64,000 nt of DNA from an uncultured Planctomycetota bacterium (GTDB lineage: Bacteria > Planctomycetota > Planctomycetia > Isosphaerales > Isosphaeraceae). The notes below the pieces were generated by a model. The model searched no databases. It was not told the DNA's origin and saw only the letters and a list, made by a program, of their open reading frames with translations. Shown piece after piece: positions 54,559 through 64,000 of the stretch (its first letter is position 1; the number at the start of each line of letters is the position of its first letter). The DNA lies in the NCBI GenBank assembly GCA_963823665.1, contig CAWGMQ010000005.1:1600001-1664000 (forward strand). The letters run 5' to 3'. The translations under genes were made by a program, and so were the position numbers.

Positions 54559-55330
54559 GCTGAGTAGGTCTGGGTGGTTGACCACCCAGACCCCCCGCAG
54601 ATCCCTGCTCGCGCAATCAACGCACACGGCTCCTCATTTGAAACCTTCGCTGCGCGACGGTACACCGAGTGGACGACGATCGCTGGCGGATGCGGATACC
54701 GCTCCAACAGACGACACATTCGCTCCCAGGCGACTTCGCCGCCGCGGAGGCGTCGGCCAAGCCATTTCCTCCAGAGTCCGATGACACCCCACCGGAATCG
54801 TGACAGCGCAGGTGCGTTGCCCGTGATCCCGTAGTATGCGAAGTGCCCGCGAAGCTTCCGGCCCAGTGTATATTGCTGGGCGGCTAGCGCGTGATGTCGC
54901 TTCATTCGGCACAATTGACCAACCGTCACTAATCCGCGACGTAACCGGCTCTTGGATGTCGTGCGCTTCACCACCCACTACCCTCGCCGAGACCGGCCCC
55001 AATAGTGAGTGAATCCCAGGAGGTCGAATGTCCCCGCTGGTACTCGTTTTGAGGCCGTTGGTCGCCGCGGACGGTCTGATGGCCGGTCGAACGGCACCAG
55101 CCGCGTCTTCTCTGGATGGATCAACCTGGAGTTGGTAAGTCGGAACCCCGGCCGGCATCCACGACGGAAATGGAAGGGTCTGTCAGGTTCCCGAGCGACC
55201 CTCATGTCCCTTTGCCCTGTTCTTGGACCCCGGTAGGACCGAACACGCCAGGCCGTTGCGGCGTGTCGACGCGGCCCCCGCTTGTGTCGACAACGGAGGC
55301 TCCCGCAATAAGCGGTTTCGAGTCTCAACC
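54559..55330 (-). mobile_element. Group II intron remnant B: domain I-III fragment joined to the maturase C-terminus plus DV-DVI
   Basis: [44 protein letters not shown]...GCAGGGATCTGCGGGGG; 5' fragment TTGAGACTCGAAA...ACCGGGGTC..GGAACCTG. Confidence 0.8.
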
Positions 55331-55341
55331 GCGCCGCCCCC

Positions 55342-56103
55342 TTATCTCCTCGACTTTGCCTTCTTCCGTGATAGTGTGGACGTTTTCTTGACCAGGACCA
55401 GCCGTTCCGCGTTCTCGAGCGACTTCACCGCGGTCTTGAACGTAGGCGTCGGCCCAATCTTAAAACTGCCCGCCTCGGCTTTCTCCAGCTCCTGCAACGC
55501 TGATTTTACTGACGCATCCGCTTTAAGCTCGTCGTAACGCTTCATGACCGCATCGACGGATGCCCGGATTTCCGTCAGGAGCGCCTTGGCGGCCTCGAGG
55601 CTCTTCTTGTTCTCCGACTCAAGAGTTTTCTTATCGGATTCCGAAAGGGCTCTTACGGGCTTCTGGGCTGCGGTGACCTGGGCCAAGGTCGATTGAATCA
55701 TGTTGCGCTGCGAGATGAGCTGAAAGACGTAAGCCCCCTGTCCAAAGCCGCCTGCACGAGAGTTGCCTTGCTGCTGGAATCCTTGCTCGTTGATCCGCTG
55801 GTTTAGCTGATCCAGGTTCTGCTGCAAGTCGACACGGCGCTCCTCCAATTGCGCGTAATCCCGCGCCGCCAGCTCTGCCTCGTTCTTCCGCTCGACGACC
55901 GAGGTGTATTCGGCCAGCGCACTGCGGATCTTCGACGAACTCTGAAGGACAGGTTTCTCCGCCTCGATCACGAAGTAGCGTCCGGACCTCGTAAGCCCCT
56001 TCTCCTTGAGGATGGCAATCGCAGGCGAATCAGCCCACACAAACGGCGTTGATGAGAAAACGATCAGCGGCAGGGCAACTACGACGTGATTAAGCCGAAG
56101 CAT
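55342..56103 (-). CDS. Hypothetical secreted coiled-coil protein
   Basis: GGAGG RBS, signal peptide, Gln/Glu/Lys-rich heptads. Confidence 0.7.
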   Translation of the reverse strand: MLRLNHVVVALPLIVFSSTPFVWADSPAIAILKEKGLTRSGRYFVIEAEKPVLQSSSKIRSALAEYTSVVERKNEAELAARDYAQLEERRVDLQQNLDQLNQRINEQGFQQQGNSRAGGFGQGAYVFQLISQRNMIQSTLAQVTAAQKPVRALSESDKKTLESENKKSLEAAKALLTEIRASVDAVMKRYDELKADASVKSALQELEKAEAGSFKIGPTPTFKTAVKSLENAERLVLVKKTSTLSRKKAKSRR

Positions 56104-56270
56104 TGATGCCTCCCTGTCGAGGACGATTGATGCCAGATCGGCGAAGCCTCTACCCTAGATAACGTAAAAGACCCTGGGTAAGCGCACGCAAGTTTTCCGG
56201 TAGCCCTGCCGGAATTCTGTTGAGCCTTGTGCTCGAGATGATGTCTACAACAGACGCTCGTGTGGCAATC

Positions 56271-56320
56271 GTCCTGGGGGTCAGACCTTCCTGGGGGTCA
56301 GACCTAGTTTCAATTTAATT
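56271..56320 (+). repeat. Extra tandem copies of the RAYT terminal repeat
   Basis: CCTGGGGGTCAGACCT twice, then AGTTTCAATTTAATT. Confidence 0.8.
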
Positions 56321-56434
56321 GAGAAGAGGTCCAAAGACGCGCGCTCGCCTGAATTCTCATCGATTCCCAACGCCCTGGCAATGGGCCCGGCCGTGTCGGA
56401 TCGATCAACGCAGAGGTTGTCGCGTCACCCTTCG

Positions 56435-56630
56435 TCGCCCCGGCCGGCTTCGGCCAGGCAGACCGCTGGGCGCAGCTTGGCATGCGACAGGTCGGAGAAC
56501 GGGAACGGAACCAGCACTGCTCCGCCGGCTGAAGGTGCGACCACGCCGCATCCTCCTCCGGCCTCGACCAATCGGCGTCCAGGGCCGCCTCGGCCAAGAG
56601 CGCTGCCTCACGGAGCCAGTCATCCACTCT
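56435..56630 (-). pseudogene. Toxin-antitoxin remnant: DUF2281-like antitoxin end plus PemK/MazF 5' fragment
   Basis: ALLAEAAL..DWSRPEEDAAWSHLQ overlaps VLVPFPFSDLS.AKLRPAV.L. Confidence 0.7.
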
Positions 56631-56897
56631 CTGGAGCGGGTTGCAATACAGGCGCGCGCGTCAAGAGTGTTGAGAAAAACTCGACAGCAAAGACGGTTTG
56701 CTCGGAGCGAACCAGGAGTTCCGACGGCGATCGCCCCGGCTGCATCGGGACGAGCATGGTGGCGACATTTGGATCGGGGATGCCATCCTTACATCAGATC
56801 GGTGGATGTCTGCCTCCCTCCGACTTCCCAACGCTGTTCAGTGACAGTAATACGCAGTTCACGGTCACGCTCTGAGAGGCAGCGCCACTGGGAGCGC

Positions 56898-57559
56898 TCA
56901 GGGCAGCCACGCTGACAGCTTCTCCGCTTCCTCAGGCGTCGGATCAAGGCCCACGCACTCGGGGCCGCAGAGGGCGCAGACCTTCTCGCCGGCGAGGACC
57001 TGGCCGATCAACTCATAGCCGTCGAAGGTCCGTTCGGCTTGAGGCGTGCGGAAGCGGGCATCGTCACTCGAGGCGACCGTGGCGAGCAGCGTGTATCGGT
57101 AAAGGATCTCGGCGGTCCAAGCGCCCACAGCGCCAATCTCACTTTCGGTGGGGTCGACTCCGCCGCGCTCGGCGCGGTCGCAGCCGACGAGAAAGCTCAC
57201 GCGCATACGGTGAATGACCTCCTTCGTCGAGAGGTCCTCGATGAGATTCACAATCGTTTCTGACAGCGGCCTCCGCCTGAATCCGGCCGCTTGAAGCCGG
57301 GTGATCTCCTCGGCGCTTCGGGCGCGCGGGTGATGACCGCGTTGCCCTCGAGCTCTGCGATGGCGTCGCCGCGCACGATCGACAGCAGCACGCCTTGCCG
57401 GTGACAGGTCTCTCTTGTCCACTCCGCGAGAAACGAGAGTTCGGTCTGCGCGGCGAGGTGGCCCCGATCCGTGCGGCGCCCGATGCAGAATGAGTTTTGT
57501 ATTCGCTCGATCAGCTTGTGAATGACCGGGCGTTCATCTCTCTCTTGCGGTTCCATCAT
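56898..57559 (-). pseudogene. Hypothetical protein split by a frameshift near 57325
   Basis: Two consecutive ORFs; GAGGA RBS; C-terminal CxxC. Confidence 0.4.
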
Positions 57560-57739
57560 CCTCTCCGAATTCTAACCGGGACTATAGGTTCGCGGTTCAC
57601 GACTGGCGACTGCTTGGGATTGGTTGGCGGCAGCTTCGGCTTCCTCGGCCGGCGACGCGCTGGGGTGCCTCCGCCGTCTGCGTGCCCGCCATCCTCGGTG
57701 AGGTACATGTCGCGGATGTGCTCGGCGAAGTATCGACCC

Positions 57740-58829
57740 GTCCTGGGGGTCATACCTAGTTTCAATTTTATTCGGCGGACGAGTCGTCGGTCAACGCGTG
57801 CTCCAGTCGCTGCAATTGCTTGCGAACCCTTGAATCGCTTGAAAGCCACGCCTCGAATCGACGTGTCAGGTTCGGCACGCTCTCCGCGCGTGAGACACCC
57901 AGGATCTCGGTCAACTCGCCGTTTGTTGCCGCCGTGTGGCGTCTCGCCAGATAAGCCATCGCCGCTCGCGCAGGGTGCCGGCTACCACGTTCGCTCAACC
58001 CCAAAGGTTCAATTCCGTACTCAGTACAGACGACCTCGCTCACTCGCGCGATCGCCAAACCCCGCACTTGTCTCGCTTCCCGACGGCGATCGCGTTGCGG
58101 TTGTTTACTCACGATCGCTCTGATGCGATCGACGAAGTTCTGGCTCCCAAGAATCCAGCCGTGATGCGCCTCCGTCCAAGGCGACTCCTGCTTGAGCGAC
58201 AATCCCGCTGTGACATAGCGACGGTAGGCCTTGGCCGGCTCTGAACCGGAGCCGCCGAATTCCCCGGCCCATGCGGCCAACAACTCATCGTAGGCCACCC
58301 ACGCCAATCGCCGTCCATCTCGAACATAGCCCGGATAGCTCGACCATTTCCACCCCGCCGGATTCTCCACCAGTCGAGCGCGAACAGGATTTAAATGGAC
58401 ATAACGCGGAGACCGTCCACAGGTAGCTCTCGTCTTCGATCAGCTCCGTCCGATATCGGCCCTGGAAAACGTGCCCGTTGAAGCGGTGCCGTCGAGACCA
58501 GGCATTCGCGTAGGCCGAGAGAAACGTCTGCATCCCGCGAGAGAGATTGGGCCCGGGCGTCTTCAACACCACGTGGAGGTGGTTCGACATCACAACGAAC
58601 GCGTAAATCCGCCACGAGCACCGGACGGTCGCGCGCTCCAAGTATTCAACCAGCCGATCACGATCGGCGTCGTCACGGACAATATCCTGCCGCCCGTTGC
58701 CGCGGGCCATGAGGTGATAAATCGCACCGGGATACTGCACACGCAGTCTTCTTGCCATGCCCCCTATTGCAACTATCTCCTCAGCGGGATGCAAGCAAAT
58801 AACTTGAAACTAGGTCTGACCACCAGGAC
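57740..58829 (-). mobile_element. RAYT/Y1 (HUH) transposase with C-terminal DnaA-like HTH (CDS 57768-58758, frameshift ~58405), flanked by 33-bp inverted repeats
   Basis: MARRLR...YHLMARGN, MSNHLH, GHVFQGRY, HLNPVRA, W.WSSY; inverted repeats GTCCTGG.GGTCA.ACCTAGTTTCAA at 57740-57772 and 58797-58829. Confidence 0.88.
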
Positions 58830-58991
58830 GGACAGGGCTTCACGCTGCAGACATCCCCGGAATCCGCCCTCGACCAGGACCGGCGGCTTCGCGCCGCCGT
58901 GATTCGAAATACTTCTCCGAAAAAGTTGAATAGCTTGAAGGCGATCCACCCACTATGGGATAGAAGTCGAACGTCGAGGAGACATGATCCG

Positions 58992-60259
58992 ATGCCGAAC
59001 GACGAGTTGATGGCGAGCCTGTTCCGGTCGTCGCGATCGTTCACCCCGGCCCGGTACGTGGAGGAGGTGCCCGACGCGCTGCTCCTGGACCGCTTCGTCG
59101 ATCAGTGGGACCAGGCGGCGTTCGGCGACCTCGTGCGCCGGCACGGTCCGATGGTGCTGGGCGTCTGCCGCCGCATCATAGGCGACCCGCACGCAGCGGA
59201 GGACGCCTTCCAGGCGACCTTCCTGCTGCTGGTGCGCAAGGCCGCGTTGGTCCGGAAGCGGGGGTCGGTCGGCCCCTGGCTCTACGGCGTCGCCCGTCGC
59301 GTCGCACTCGAGGCGCGTGCGGCCGCCTCGCGGCGGCGGGTTCCGGCGCCCTTGGACCCGGAGGTGGCCCGGGTGGACGATCACGAAGGCCTTGAGCGCG
59401 ACGAGCTGCATGCGGCCCTCCACGAGGAGCTCGGCCGGCTCCCGGAGAAGTATCGCGCCCCGATCGTGCTCTGCTACATCGAGGGGCTCCCGCACGAGGC
59501 CGTGGCGCGACAGCTCGGGTGGCCGCTCGGCACGGTCCGCACGCGGATCGCGCGGGGCGCGACCTGCTGGGGGCGCGGCTGACCCGCCGCGGCGTGGCGC
59601 CGGCAGCCGTCTTGCTTGCCCTGGGCTTGCTGCCGAAGACGGCGGCCGCGGTCCCCGCGCGGCTGGTCGAAGCGACGGTACGGGCCGCGGCGCGTGTCGC
59701 GGCGGGTGAGAGGGTGCCCCAGGGGGAGGTCCCCGCCGGGGTCGCAGATCTCGAGAAGAAAGTGAGGAAAGTCATGCATCTGACCAGGCTGAGGTGGGCG
59801 ATGGCGTTCGCACTGGCGGTCGTGGTGATCGGGGCGGCGGTGACGGCCGGAGTGTCGAGGGCCCTCGCGGCCGCCGATGACGACCCCAAGGTCAAAGCGG
59901 AGCTGAAGAAGTTTCAGGGCACCTGGGTCGTTACCTACGGCGAGAAGGCGGGCGAGGAGCAGGAACAGGTCGGTGATCTTGAACTCAAATTCGACGGCGA
60001 AACAATCAGTGTTGCGGCTCACGGAACGGTTAAGGATAAGGGGACGTTCAAACTTGATCCGTCGAAGAACCCGAAGGAGATCGACATTCGGCTCCGGGAC
60101 ACAAATAATGACGAGAAGATCGTGCTGGGGATCTACACCTGGGACGGCGAGAACCTGAAGCTCTGCTTGGGAGAACCGGACGGAGGGACGCGCCCGAAGG
60201 ACTTCACCACGATGCCCGAGGGCCGCGACCTGATCGTCGTGAAGCGTCAGGACCCGTGA
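58992..60259 (+). CDS. Planctomycete-type ECF sigma factor with transmembrane segment and C-terminal TIGR03067-like domain; frameshift near 59555
   Basis: AFGDLVRRHGPMVLGVCRR, AEDAFQATFL, LPEKYRAPIVLCY; FQGTW...FKLDPSKNPKEID...GIY..DGE.LKLC. Confidence 0.88.
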
Positions 60260-60535
60260 CGGGTGAACTCCGGATCTCCGCGAGCCGGACGAGCGGCCGG
60301 AGTCTTCCTTCGAGACCCCGGCGCCCGGGCCGGCGGATTCGCGGCCCCGAAGCGGCAAACTGCCAGCAGCGCCGGGCGCCGGGGCGGCGACACGCGCACA
60401 CGCGCCGCGTCCGTCAAAGATCGGCGCCGACGTTCTCGAAGGGCACGCCGGGTCGAGCCGGTTCCCCGGCCGAGCAAACCGGCGCGCCAAAGTGAGATCC
60501 GTTCAGCAACCTGGACTTCGGAAGGACACTGTCCC

Positions 60536-62311
60536 GTGCATTTCCCGTATCCTCGCCGCCCCCTCCGTTGCCGTCCTGCCCTGGCACTCGTTCTGAGTTG
60601 GGTCTGCGCCGCGCAGGCGATCCTTGCCCAGGGCCAGGCGGTCGACGCTCTTCCGGACGACAGACTGTCAGCCAAGGAGCACGCTGACGCGACGAGCCTC
60701 ACGGCGCGGACTGACAGGCTGTTTGCCACCTGGGATAAGCCTGGGTCGCCGGGAGGCGCGCTGGCCGTCGTTCAGGACGGCAAGGTCGTCTACCAGCGTG
60801 GCTACGGCACAGCGAACCTGGAGTACGGCATCCCGATCACGCCCGCGACGATCTTCGAGGTCGCCTCCGTGTCCAAGCAGTTCACCGCATTCACCGTCCA
60901 GCTCCTCGCGCAGGAACACCGATTGTCGCTCGACGACGACGTCCGCAAGTATCTGCCGGAGCTGCACGACTTCGGCAAAACCATCACCATTCGCCATCTG
61001 CTGCATCACACGAGCGGATTGCGTGACCAATCGAACCTTCTGCGGCTTGCCGGCTGGCGCAGCGAGGACGTGATCACCGAGCAAGACGTTTTCAACCTGG
61101 TCTGGCGGCAGGAGGAACTTAACTTCGAGCCGGGCGCGGAGTACCTCTACAGCAACACTGGGTATACCCTGCTGGGCCTGATCGTGAAGCGGATCTCCGG
61201 CCGGTCGCTCAACGTGTTCTGTCAGGAGCGGATGTTCCAGCCCCTGGGCATGAAAAACACACACTTCCACTATAACTACCGGACGATCGTTCCGGGCCGC
61301 TCCTACTCCTACTCGCCGAAACCCGGGGGCGGGTTCGCGAACAGCCCCCTGCAATACGCCACCGTCGGCGCAAGCGGACTCTTCACGACGGTGGAAGACC
61401 TGGCCCGATGGGACCGGAACTTCGGCAACGCCTGGGTTCGCGGCCCGGAGGTCGTGGCCCGCATGCTCGAAAAAGGCAAGCTCAACAACGGCGAGGAGCT
61501 CAACTACGCCTGCGGGCTCGAACTGGGCGAGTACCGGGGTCTGAAGACGGTGAAGCACAACGGCGGCCTCGCCGGTTACCGGTGTTCGATGGTCCGCTTC
61601 CCCGAGCAACGATTCACCGTGATCGTCTTATCGAACCTGTCCTCGTCCGATCCCGAGGCGATGGCGAAGAAGGTGGCGGACCTCTACCTGAGCGACAAGC
61701 TCGCGCCGCACGCGCCAGCCCTGGTTAGGAAGCCCGAGACGCGCACGGAGGTCAAGGTCGACCCGAAGGCCTACGACGCGTACGTCGGGGACTATCAGAC
61801 GCCCGAGGGGCCCGTCGTGACCTTAAGTGCGGAGAACGGACATCTGATGATGAAGGAGGGTCGACGCGAGAAGATCCGGCTCCTCCCGTCGTCCGAGACG
61901 GATTTCTTCCTGAGGGACCTGTCGGTCGAATGGTCCTTCGTGAAGGGGAAGGACGGCACGGTCGATCGAGTCATCCTGCGTCGTGACGGTCGGGAGCAGG
62001 CGGCGAGGCGCTTCCGGCGCGAGCCCCTCACGGCCACCCGTCTTGCGGGTTATGCCGGCGACTACTACAGCCGCGAGCTGGGGGTCATCTACACCGTCTC
62101 GATTCGCGACGGGAGGGTCTGGATCCGTCACCCCCGAGGCGGGGCTTCGACGGAGGAAATCGGAAACGACGCGTTCTCGGTCGACTTTCCGATAGGCACG
62201 GTCACATTCACGCGGGACTCAAATCACCGCGTCAACGCAATGCTTGTGAGCACGAACGGCCCTGTGCGCAATTTGCGGTTCGCCCGCGCGGAGATCAAGA
62301 CCACACCGTAG
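60536..62311 (+). CDS. Serine hydrolase (beta-lactamase class C-like) with C-terminal DUF3471-like domains
   Basis: ASVSKQF (SxxK), LLHHTSG, YSN, HNGG; Y.G.Y repeats in the C-terminus. Confidence 0.9.
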   Translation: MHFPYPRRPLRCRPALALVLSWVCAAQAILAQGQAVDALPDDRLSAKEHADATSLTARTDRLFATWDKPGSPGGALAVVQDGKVVYQRGYGTANLEYGIPITPATIFEVASVSKQFTAFTVQLLAQEHRLSLDDDVRKYLPELHDFGKTITIRHLLHHTSGLRDQSNLLRLAGWRSEDVITEQDVFNLVWRQEELNFEPGAEYLYSNTGYTLLGLIVKRISGRSLNVFCQERMFQPLGMKNTHFHYNYRTIVPGRSYSYSPKPGGGFANSPLQYATVGASGLFTTVEDLARWDRNFGNAWVRGPEVVARMLEKGKLNNGEELNYACGLELGEYRGLKTVKHNGGLAGYRCSMVRFPEQRFTVIVLSNLSSSDPEAMAKKVADLYLSDKLAPHAPALVRKPETRTEVKVDPKAYDAYVGDYQTPEGPVVTLSAENGHLMMKEGRREKIRLLPSSETDFFLRDLSVEWSFVKGKDGTVDRVILRRDGREQAARRFRREPLTATRLAGYAGDYYSRELGVIYTVSIRDGRVWIRHPRGGASTEEIGNDAFSVDFPIGTVTFTRDSNHRVNAMLVSTNGPVRNLRFARAEIKTTP

Positions 62312-62949
62312 ACCGGGGAGCCCATCTCGGCTGCGTTCACGAGCCCCGCGGCGGCGGCGGCGCGCGGTCCGCAGGGGCGACACGTGACCCGTGATCCGCA
62401 AAGCGGTTTGCCCTTTCGGCTTTGGCCGGGCCTGCCATCGAAGGAGGCGCTGAGTATCTCAACATGATCCCGGTGCGCAGTGCGCCGGTTCCTCAGTCTA
62501 GGGCCATACACCCCCCAGCCCAGCCGAACCCGGAACTCGCCGCGCTTCGATCGGAAATCTTGCATCTACACGGCTCGACGTCGTCACCCGGGGTAGACTT
62601 GGATCGGCTCCAGGCACTTGAACCCAAGCTCGGGGCTCTGAGTAAGGACGCCCTTTTGTCTATTGCCGACACCGTTGGCCTCGTCGGAATGAAGAGTAGG
62701 CCCAAAGCCCAAATCTCAGGCGCGATCGTCAACCGAATCAAATCCATCAAACAATCGTCGATCCGAACCGCGATCAGTGACCGGCCGGGAAGCACGTATT
62801 AGCCAAGCAGTTGGTCGGCATGAAACGACTACGACGAGAACCGCCGGCGCGCTTGCAGCGAGATGACTCACGACAAGCCATCGGGTAAAATAGTCACCGG
62901 CAAACAGCATGTCGCGAAGCAGGCGGCCGGATTGCGCTAATGCAGAAGG

Positions 62950-63362
62950 ACAGCGAATGGGAGGTTGAGCTACACGAGGAGTTCGACGCTTGGCTTTTCC
63001 AACAGTAAGAGGGTCTCCGTCGGGAGATATTTGCAAGTGCGGGGCTTTTGCGACGTCTCGGCCCACAACTTGGTCGACCCAAGAGAGACTAGACGATGGC
63101 CGTCAATGTAAGAGACCGGATCGCGCAGTTGCCTCTAGAGGAACAGAAAGCGATCGAGGCGAGAACGGAAGAAATGTACGCCGAAGAAATGATCCGCCGG
63201 CTCCATAAGCGGGGGGCCGGAACAACCAAACGCCAGGTGGCACTGCCGCCCCTTCCACCAGGTGTTACACCCTCGTCCCGGCAACCCAAGGACGGCAAGA
63301 GAGGCGGCGAGAAGTCCCCTCTCGCATCCGCACGGCGGACCAGCAAGAAGACCCAGAAGTAA
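62950..63362 (+). pseudogene. Degenerate HigB/RelE-like toxin plus truncated HigA-like antitoxin
   Basis: WEVELHEEFDAW..*..LL...GPQLGRP; MAVNV.D.IA.LP.E.QKAIEART..M.AEEM with no HTH following. Confidence 0.6.
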
Positions 63363-63570
63363 TCCAAAAGGAGCCAAAGGAGCCGTAGCGTCGCGATGTG
63401 GCGCGGAGCTTTAGCAGGAAAGCTCTGCGATATCTGCGTTACTTTGCCACGGCATCCCGGAAGGCGCATTGCGACAATGCCGCCGATGCTGCGGTTTGGC
63501 CTCGGAGCCCGGTTCGTGGAATTGTTCTCACACGAGGAGTAGAATATTGTTTCCGTCAAGGGGTACCAAC

Positions 63571-63963
63571 ATGCCAACGATCGAGGTGAGCGGCCCGGAA
63601 TTGCTGAAAGCGGTGCAGCAACTCGCACCCGAGGAGCTCGACGCATTCCTCGAGAAAGCACTATTGCTTCGGAACCATCCAACGGCCGACAAATTGTCTG
63701 CCGAGGAAAGCAGGCTCATCAAGCGAATCAATCGAGGCCTTCCCGAAGCCGTCTGTAGCCGTTATGCGCGACTGTCGCAGAAACGGAAAAAGGAGTCGTT
63801 GAGCGACAAAGAGCACGCCGAGTTGCTTAAGCTGACGCATGAATTTGAGAGCCGGGACGCCGACCGTGCCGAGGCGCTGCTTGAACTGGCCAACCTCCGG
63901 CGCATTCCAATCCGCCTGCTGATGAAACAGATGGGAATCAAGGCCGCGCTGGTCAATGGCTAG
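63571..63963 (+). CDS. Conserved small helical protein of a type often found before HNH endonuclease genes; the next gene begins at 63956 and runs off the window
   Basis: LLKAV.QL...EL..F; ES.L..RIN.GLP; RY..L..KR..E.L...EH.ELL.L; R.EAL.ELA.LR. Confidence 0.6.
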   Translation: MPTIEVSGPELLKAVQQLAPEELDAFLEKALLLRNHPTADKLSAEESRLIKRINRGLPEAVCSRYARLSQKRKKESLSDKEHAELLKLTHEFESRDADRAEALLELANLRRIPIRLLMKQMGIKAALVNG

Positions 63964-64000
63964 ACCGAAAAAAACCGTGCGCGATCTCGTCTTTCGGCGC

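Noticed and set aside
1..64000. tRNA or rRNA genes
   Set aside because: None recognised by eye; tRNAscan-SE or Rfam would be needed to exclude them.

Overview
GC-rich bacterial DNA, most likely a planctomycete of the Isosphaeraceae/Singulisphaera type. This is inferred from a TIGR03067-like domain fused to an ECF sigma factor, a Pro-rich BamA and typical REP-like palindromes. Many conserved genes carry single-base frameshifts, which suggests an unpolished long-read assembly. Layout: (1) 0-2.2 kb, prolyl oligopeptidase. (2) 2.2-12.6 kb, a defence-like island built as a tandem array of five directly repeated hix/res-like sites and four whole or partial copies of one small serine resolvase. These separate cassettes encoding a DUF4365-like nuclease, a DUF6602-like nuclease plus a SAMD9-like SIR2-STAND-TPR-OB protein, and a TIR/NDT-Mrr fusion plus a second Mrr-like nuclease. 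This is the most striking candidate new system. (3) 12.9-16.8 kb, non-coding mosaic repeats that recur inverted at 38-42.7 kb. (4) 16.9-35.4 kb, core-like genes: 2-oxoacid oxidoreductase alpha/beta, a hydrolase, a DAC-domain protein, a phosphatase, a GNAT, two ArnT/PMT-like glycosyltransferases, an MFS transporter and BamA. (5) 36-64 kb, a mobile/accessory zone: an orphan primase-type ATPase with 68-bp-period repeats, IS110, an IS21-type MITE, an HTH-ubiquitin-like antitoxin plus VapC pair, two group II intron remnants, a ParB-carrying IS21 with a 6-bp TSD inside a HEPN gene, a TIR-flanked RAYT, an ECF sigma factor, a serine hydrolase and toxin-antitoxin remnants. All family assignments come from motif recognition by eye, not from database searches.
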